IMG/VR virus record: IMGVR_UViG_3300009095_000049
Coordinates: 1 to 30,299 of that record
Source of the DNA: a virus
Taxonomy: Duplodnaviria; Caudoviricetes
Length of the DNA stretch: 30,299 nucleotides
Reading direction: 5' to 3' (one strand)
Positions 26,039 to 30,299 of this stretch are shown piece by piece. Below the pieces are notes generated by a model. It had not been told where the DNA came from. It saw only the letters and a program-made list of their open reading frames with translations, and made no database searches. Numbering within the stretch: the first letter of the stretch is position 1; the number at the start of each line of letters is the position of its first letter. Made by a program: the position numbers and the translations under genes.

Positions 26039-26607
26039 GACGAGTGTCCTTTGCGTGAGCGTATTTCGCGAATGATGAGATCCAGCATGTAGGGCGATAG
26101 GGCTCGCCCTGTTTGCAGCTCGTAAGCGGCAATGACCGTAGCACGGTCAATGACTCGCGTCGGCCCTTTCCGGTGTTCGTCAATGAGCTGCGTGAGCAGA
26201 GCCCGATCATGTTTTCTCGGATTAGTGCTCGGGCTGTCCTCTCCTCTCTTGCGTGCGCTGATCCTGGCCAGAATATAGTTCAGTACACCGGGCGAGATAT
26301 GTAGGCCGGTGATCTCCTGGTATCGGCGCCGAACCGCATAGCGATCGACGTACTGAACGCCGGCACGATGCTGCATCGAAAGCCTTTCGATCAGCTCATA
26401 ATCGTGGCGTACCTGCTTCGTCCATTTCTTGCCAGGGTTGCGCCGAAGCTGCAAAAGAATGCTTGCAAGGCTGCTATCCGGCAAGGGGATTCCGGTCTGC
26501 TTCTCGTACGCCTTGCGAAGCGCCACCCGATCGACGGTACCCCTGGCAGGGGTACGCATCTTTTGGGCTAGACGCTCCACAAGCGCGTAATCATGCTGCG
26601 GTTTCAC
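26035..26607 (-). CDS. Basic protein with three tandem ~60-aa repeats
   Basis: Three copies of HD..L...L......G...(V/I)DR......Y...TG........L..I. GGAAGG SD. Confidence 0.75.
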   Translation of the reverse strand: MKPQHDYALVERLAQKMRTPARGTVDRVALRKAYEKQTGIPLPDSSLASILLQLRRNPGKKWTKQVRHDYELIERLSMQHRAGVQYVDRYAVRRRYQEITGLHISPGVLNYILARISARKRGEDSPSTNPRKHDRALLTQLIDEHRKGPTRVIDRATVIAAYELQTGRALSPYMLDLIIREIRSRKGHSS

Positions 26608-26728
26608 TGTTCCTTCCCTTTGACTGATCGTGAGCGCGGAGCGTTCACGTCTGGCAGTGAATCTGCGATTCCCTGCTGATCACTCCATTGCCGGGCCGGC
26701 GCCCCGAAGCCGGCCGTTGATGCAACGG

Positions 26729-27082
26729 TCAGGCGGTAAGGGTCTCCCAATCCATCCGATACATGGCGATCGTGGGAAGCCCTTCCTTGCGTGCCTCTTC
26801 GATGCACGATTCGGCGCCATCCACGAAGAACCGCATGGCGACCTCGGCGCCATGCTTGTCGTCCCTGGCGTACTTGTAGTCCGGGTGGCTGATAGGGATG
26901 GGCCTGTTCGGGTTCTGCTTCAAGACCAGGAACATGGTGGTGTCGAGAAGCCAAAGGCTTTGCTGGTCCTGCCGATCCTTGAGACTGTGAATCTCTTCGA
27001 AGTACGTGCCGGCGATCGTGCGACGGATACGAACGCGCATGGTGTTGCCGTCTGACAGCTTGTGAGGCTTGGATAGAGCCAT
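26729..27082 (-). CDS. Hypothetical protein
   Basis: Box followed by GGAGG SD and ATG 27082. An alternative in-frame ATG lies at 27097. Confidence 0.7.
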   Translation of the reverse strand: MALSKPHKLSDGNTMRVRIRRTIAGTYFEEIHSLKDRQDQQSLWLLDTTMFLVLKQNPNRPIPISHPDYKYARDDKHGAEVAMRFFVDGAESCIEEARKEGLPTIAMYRMDWETLTA

Positions 27083-27119
27083 TGGAAGAACCTCCATTGC
27101 GTGAGCCTGAAACCGGAGC

Positions 27120-27175
27120 TGGTCTCATTAATGGGCCGGCGGCGCCCCGTCGCCGCTTGCCCAATGACAAGATCA
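27120..27175 (-). ncRNA. Conserved intergenic hairpin element, copy A
   Basis: TGATCTTGTCATTGGGC-AA-GCGGCG-ACGGGG-CGCCGC-CG-GCCCATTAATGAGACCA. Confidence 0.7.
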
Positions 27176-27496
27176 GACGAGACTCGCTGCGTAACGGTTG
27201 TCACCCTTACATGCGCGACAGATGCAGCCGTCCCGGTGAATCTCGTACGGATGGAACAGTTGTTCGCGCTCACCAGGAACGCTCTCCCATTCGAATCGCA
27301 CTAACACCATGTCGCCGATGGTGTCGAAGACCCTACCCGCGTAGGCGTACTCGGATTGAACCGGCGTGGTCGAACTGGGAGAGCTGGGAATCTGGTAGAA
27401 CGGGCATGCCCGAACCGATCCGATGCCAGCTTGCGTAAGTTCGTACGCCTTTCGGTCGAAGAAGGTCTTTGGCATGTTCTGGTTTCGAAGTTCCAT
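27173..27496 (-). CDS. Hypothetical protein
   Basis: AGAAAGG plus GCTCACGCGATG. C-terminal HRDGCICRAC. Confidence 0.65.
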   Translation of the reverse strand: MELRNQNMPKTFFDRKAYELTQAGIGSVRACPFYQIPSSPSSTTPVQSEYAYAGRVFDTIGDMVLVRFEWESVPGEREQLFHPYEIHRDGCICRACKGDNRYAASLV

Positions 27497-27530
27497 CGCG
27501 TGAGCCTTTCTGTGGCGGGAATCTGAGCAT

Positions 27531-27590
27531 TGATTCCACTCCAGAGCCGGCGCACCTCGCGAGAGGTGCGCATGCCCTAGGGCAGGATCA
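27531..27590 (-). ncRNA. Conserved intergenic hairpin element, copy B
   Basis: TGATCCTGCCCTAGGGC-AT-GCGCACCTC-TCGC-GAGGTGCGC-CG-GCTCTGGAGTGGAATCA. Confidence 0.7.
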
Positions 27591-27776
27591 CACGTAACCG
27601 GCGATCTCCAGGTCATGAACGAGGTCCGCCATTTCGCTGCGCATGCGCACGGCGTCGAACTTGTTCACCGCGAACAAGTCGCCGGCTCGCTGGTAGGCGG
27701 ACATCATGCGCGCGTGGAGCGCGTCCGCTTCATCGATCGTGAGGACATTGAAGAGCGGGTTGCGGAGGTAAACCAT
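27588..27776 (-). CDS. Hypothetical protein
   Basis: Box then GGAAGG SD then ATG (MVYLRNPL...). Confidence 0.65.
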   Translation of the reverse strand: MVYLRNPLFNVLTIDEADALHARMMSAYQRAGDLFAVNKFDAVRMRSEMADLVHDLEIAGYV

Positions 27777-27867
27777 GGTGATCCTTCCCATTGCGTGAGC
27801 GTGAGCATTGTCCGGAGAATCTCCACACTTCCCCTCCCCGATAGGGGAAGCATGGGCTATCGCCGGC

Positions 27868-28170
27868 CTAGGCGCACTGAAGGCAGTTGCAGCCGACCAA
27901 CGGTGCAAGGTGTTCGCACTTACCATTCTCTTCGGAAACGGAACACTCACGACCGTCGTTAGCCTCGCAGATAGGCTCATAGCCGTGATAGATGTCCGTG
28001 AGTCCCGTGCAGTGCTGTGCGTCGCCGCCATCGCTGGCCACGTACTTTTCGATCCCTTCCCGGTAACCGGGAACGCGCTGCCACGTACCCCCGCACGTAA
28101 GGCAAGAGTCTTGCTGCGGTTCGTCGGTGCTCTGGAACGTGTGGCCGAGCGACGATTCGATGACGAGCAT
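27868..28170 (-). CDS. Cys/His-rich hypothetical protein
   Basis: Box plus AAAGGA SD. Multiple Cys residues including CLTC and GCNCLQC. Confidence 0.65.
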   Translation of the reverse strand: MLVIESSLGHTFQSTDEPQQDSCLTCGGTWQRVPGYREGIEKYVASDGGDAQHCTGLTDIYHGYEPICEANDGRECSVSEENGKCEHLAPLVGCNCLQCA

Positions 28171-28216
28171 GGGGAACCATCCTTTGCGTGAGCTGTGATG
28201 TCTGAAGCCTGAGCAT

Positions 28217-28271
28217 TGACTTCATTAGTGGGCCGGCGCGCGAACGCGCGCTTGCCCTGCTGACAAAGTCA
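28217..28271 (-). ncRNA. Conserved intergenic hairpin element, copy C
   Basis: TGACTTTGTCAGCAGGGC-AA-GCGCGC-GTTC-GCGCGC-CG-GCCCACTAATGAAGTCA. Confidence 0.7.
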
Positions 28272-28514
28272 GATGCCCTCGATACCGAGCGTCTCCGCGA
28301 TGCCAGAGAACAGGCTCTCTGCGCGGTCGCGCATGTCCTCGGGGATGTCGTCAAGAGAGACGAATCCGGCCGGCGTGGAGAGAATCCAGATCAGGGCTTC
28401 CATGTCCTCATGGTTGAGAACCATAGGGTAGCTCTCAGTGGAGGCGTTGTTCGCGTCGATCATGGCGCGAACCATTTCGGGAGTACCCATCGTGAACGAA
28501 GCGGAGTAAGCCAT
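28269..28514 (-). CDS. Acidic hypothetical protein
   Basis: AGAAAGG plus GCTCACGCAATG (MAYSASF...). Confidence 0.7.
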   Translation of the reverse strand: MAYSASFTMGTPEMVRAMIDANNASTESYPMVLNHEDMEALIWILSTPAGFVSLDDIPEDMRDRAESLFSGIAETLGIEGI

Positions 28515-28550
28515 TGCGTGAGCCTTTCTGGACTGGAGATCGGTGAGCAT

Positions 28551-28606
28551 CGATCTCACTAGGCAGCCGGCGCGCCCCCGTGCGCGCTTGCCACCTGGCA
28601 AGATCA
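28551..28606 (-). ncRNA. Conserved intergenic hairpin element, copy D
   Basis: TGATCTTGCCAGGTGGC-AA-GCGCGC-ACGGGG-GCGCGC-CG-GCTGCCTAGTGAGATCG. Confidence 0.7.
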
Positions 28607-29017
28607 AATCCATCCATAGCCACGGTCGGGACGCTCAGGAGACCGTGCGAACGAGGCACGCGGAGCGTGCAGCACTGGCGAACCTTCGGGCGTCGTGAAC
28701 GTGTCCGCGCGATCGGCGGACGGGTTGTAGGTGGCTTTGGTGAGCTGGTCTGTGGCCACGGGCTGATCGATGCTTTCGACCACACCCACGACCCATGCGT
28801 GAACGGTGCGCTTACCGAGTCTGTGGCAACGCGCGCGGCCGGCCGCACTCACCTTGAAATCGACGTTGGTCAAGGTAATCGTGTTCACGTTCGCGATCAC
28901 GCGGCCGGCGTGTTCGCCACCGATAGCCGTGATTGACCAGAGGTGCGTGTGAAGGTTGAAGTGCACCTTCACCTTGACCCCGATCAGCGTTTGGGGGTCA
29001 ACTCGATTCGTTGGCAT
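28604..29017 (-). CDS. Conserved phage hypothetical protein
   Basis: AAAGGAG SD. VHFNLH..WSI...GRVI...FKVSAAGR.R.....KRTVHAWVVG resembles a widespread phage family of unknown function. Confidence 0.75.
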   Translation of the reverse strand: MPTNRVDPQTLIGVKVKVHFNLHTHLWSITAIGGEHAGRVIANVNTITLTNVDFKVSAAGRARCHRLGKRTVHAWVVGVVESIDQPVATDQLTKATYNPSADRADTFTTPEGSPVLHAPRASFARSPERPDRGYGWI

Positions 29018-29041
29018 GATCTTCTCCTTTCCTCGCTTAGC

Positions 29042-29095
29042 TGGTCTCACTAGGAAGCCGGCCGGCGTGAGCCGGCTTGCCTCCTGGCAAGAGCA
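29042..29095 (-). ncRNA. Conserved intergenic hairpin element, copy E
   Basis: TGCTCTTGCCAGGAGGC-AA-GCCGGC-TCAC-GCCGGC-CG-GCTTCCTAGTGAGACCA. Confidence 0.7.
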
Positions 29096-29110
29096 GAGAT
29101 GCGAGGCGGA

Positions 29111-29248
29111 CTACTTGTTGCGACGCATCTTGGCCAGCGTGCGAATGTGCATCCCAATCGCGGTCAGACCGGTACCCACGTAGGCCACGAAGACGCCGGC
29201 GATAAAGAGAGCGGCGACGTCGCCCGCGATGAGAAGAACGTCCTTCAT
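29111..29248 (-). CDS. 45-aa membrane peptide (not in the ORF track), first gene of the leftward arm
   Basis: GAAAGGA SD. Reads MKDVLLIAGDVAALFIAGVFVAYVGTGLTAIGMHIRTLAKMRRNK*. Confidence 0.65.
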   Translation of the reverse strand: MKDVLLIAGDVAALFIAGVFVAYVGTGLTAIGMHIRTLAKMRRNK

Positions 29249-29286
29249 GTCTTTGTTCCTTTCAGCTTGTTTTTGTGTATGCATCC

Positions 29287-29316
29287 ATCATGGCGACATG
29301 TAGCCATGCTCGTCAA
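29287..29316 (-). promoter_or_regulatory. Putative sigma70-type early promoter with a palindromic operator
   Basis: Minus strand TTGACG-18nt-CATGAT. A 20-bp near-perfect palindrome CATGGCGACATGTAGCCATG lies at 29289-29308. Confidence 0.6.
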
Positions 29317-30299
29317 GGGGTCTGGCCAAGATTTTTTGGATCAGCCGTCGTGCCAGGTCAACCATCATGATCGTTGGCAAAGGGGTTCCCGTAGCGCTAG
29401 CGAAGGGGTTCTCGCGGCAGCCATACGGCGCCGAGCCGGCGCCAGAGGGACCAAGATCAACTAGCCTCAGTGTGGAGGCAGGATCGAACGGGGGCGCATA
29501 CCAAGCGGTTGCTTGGTATGGACTGTCAACGTCCGTTGACGCTAGAACGCGAGGATTGCTCGTGTTTTGGTACCCGATGGAGCCGCAATCATGGCTGTGA
29601 CCTGCACAAATGCGATGGGATGCGATCCAACACCCTAAGATCCACAGCTCGCGAGCGTGCCGGCGTCGCCGGCCGCGCCGCTGGTCTGTGGCATCGTTGC
29701 AGGTGGGAGCCCTAGGGGCGCCTCGCGTCCCCTGGTTCGACCCCACCCTTTTAAATCCGGCGACGGCCCTACGCCCTACTATCCACCCCCGAATCTGTGT
29801 AAAATTTACTAGAACCTTGTTCTGTTTCGTGGTAACAGTTTGATAAAGCGCCCCAGCTCGAAGGGGGTATATCAAATCGTTACCATCTTTGCGCGTTACC
29901 GGGTTCGTTTCCACATGCATTCTTATATATAGAGGGGTTTTAAAGAAAGGGGGGAGGCTTCGGCGTTCCCGCCTCCCCCGAACGAAGGGCGGCCTCGACG
30001 GGCCGCCAGAACGAACGAAGGCGTAAGGGCTCTAAAGCCCGTCGCCCTTACTAGATAGAAAGGGCTCCGCTTTTCGGCGGAGCCCAGAGAAGGGGAAGGC
30101 AAACCGGAGGTTTGCACACCAACACCCACGATAGTCGGACCTTCGCCTTACCTTCCCCTTCGTCTGGCGCGCTCTTGGCGCGCCCTATCTATCTGGCATC
30201 GTCCGCTTGATTGCTCGGACGATGCCCTTTCTCTACGCGCACGCGCGTAGAAGTTCGGTTAACCGTCTCGGGTAATAGGTCCATTCGAGAGCGCGGCCA

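Larger units (their letters stand above)
23045..28523 (-). repeat. Dispersed start-associated box GCTCACGCAA(TG), 10 exact copies in this interval
   Basis: Plus-strand TTGCGTGAGC at 23047, 23722, 24142, 24483, 24938, 26051, 27097, 27791, 28184 and 28514. Further copies at 10152 (-) and 8928 (+); variants at 23772, 26629, 27496 and 29065. Confidence 0.9.

Noticed and set aside
23045-29095. CRISPR array interpretation of the repeats, given a Cas4-like gene in the window
   Set aside because: The repeats are short or diverged, irregularly spaced and separated by whole genes. There is no cas1/cas2, and stand-alone Cas4-like nucleases are common in actinophages.
27120-29095. Hairpin elements as known self-cleaving ribozymes or simple intrinsic terminators
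   Set aside because: No hammerhead core (CUGANGA/GAAA) or pseudoknot is evident, there are no U-tracts, and conserved mismatches are not expected for terminators. Not formally excluded without an Rfam scan.
27120-29095. Canonical integron attC sites
   Set aside because: The RYYYAAC...GTTRRRY core ends are absent, so any cassette analogy is architectural only.
29728-29752. GGTTCGACCCC resembling a tRNA T-arm or att core
   Set aside because: No cloverleaf or acceptor stem could be built around it.
29288-29920. 210-aa minus-strand ORF in the track
   Set aside because: No SD, no recognisable motifs, and it overlaps the predicted promoter. Probably spurious.

Overview
A ~30 kb segment of a high-GC temperate actinobacteriophage or prophage. 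The host is probably a filamentous actinomycete, inferred from Lsr2-like and BldC-like genes. Left to right: (1) 1-8480 (+) virion and lysis genes: the 3' part of a major capsid gene, podovirus-like tail genes with no tape measure gene in the window, a holin candidate, an amidase-like gene and a CHAP-LysM endolysin. (2) 8469-10152 (-) a small lipoprotein and a tyrosine integrase, then ~750 bp of palindrome-rich non-coding DNA. (3) 10911-21729 (+) replication and nucleotide-metabolism genes: Cas4/RecB-like nuclease, DnaB-like helicase, Holliday junction resolvase, split primase, RNA ligase, PAPS-reductase-family protein, metallophosphoesterase and a sigma-like factor. (4) 21773-29248 (-) an arm of about 20 small early-type genes. 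The most striking signal is in this arm, where genes are built as repeated units: stop codon, long irregular hairpin, GCTCACGCAA box, ribosome-binding site/start. Five hairpins share a 17-position lower stem with compensatory base changes, an invariant tandem U.G/G.U, an invariant C.A mismatch and an AW/CG internal loop. The 10-mer GCTCACGCAA occurs 12 times by my manual count, including at both ends of the integrase gene in inverted orientation. All protein calls come from motif recognition by eye; no database search was run.
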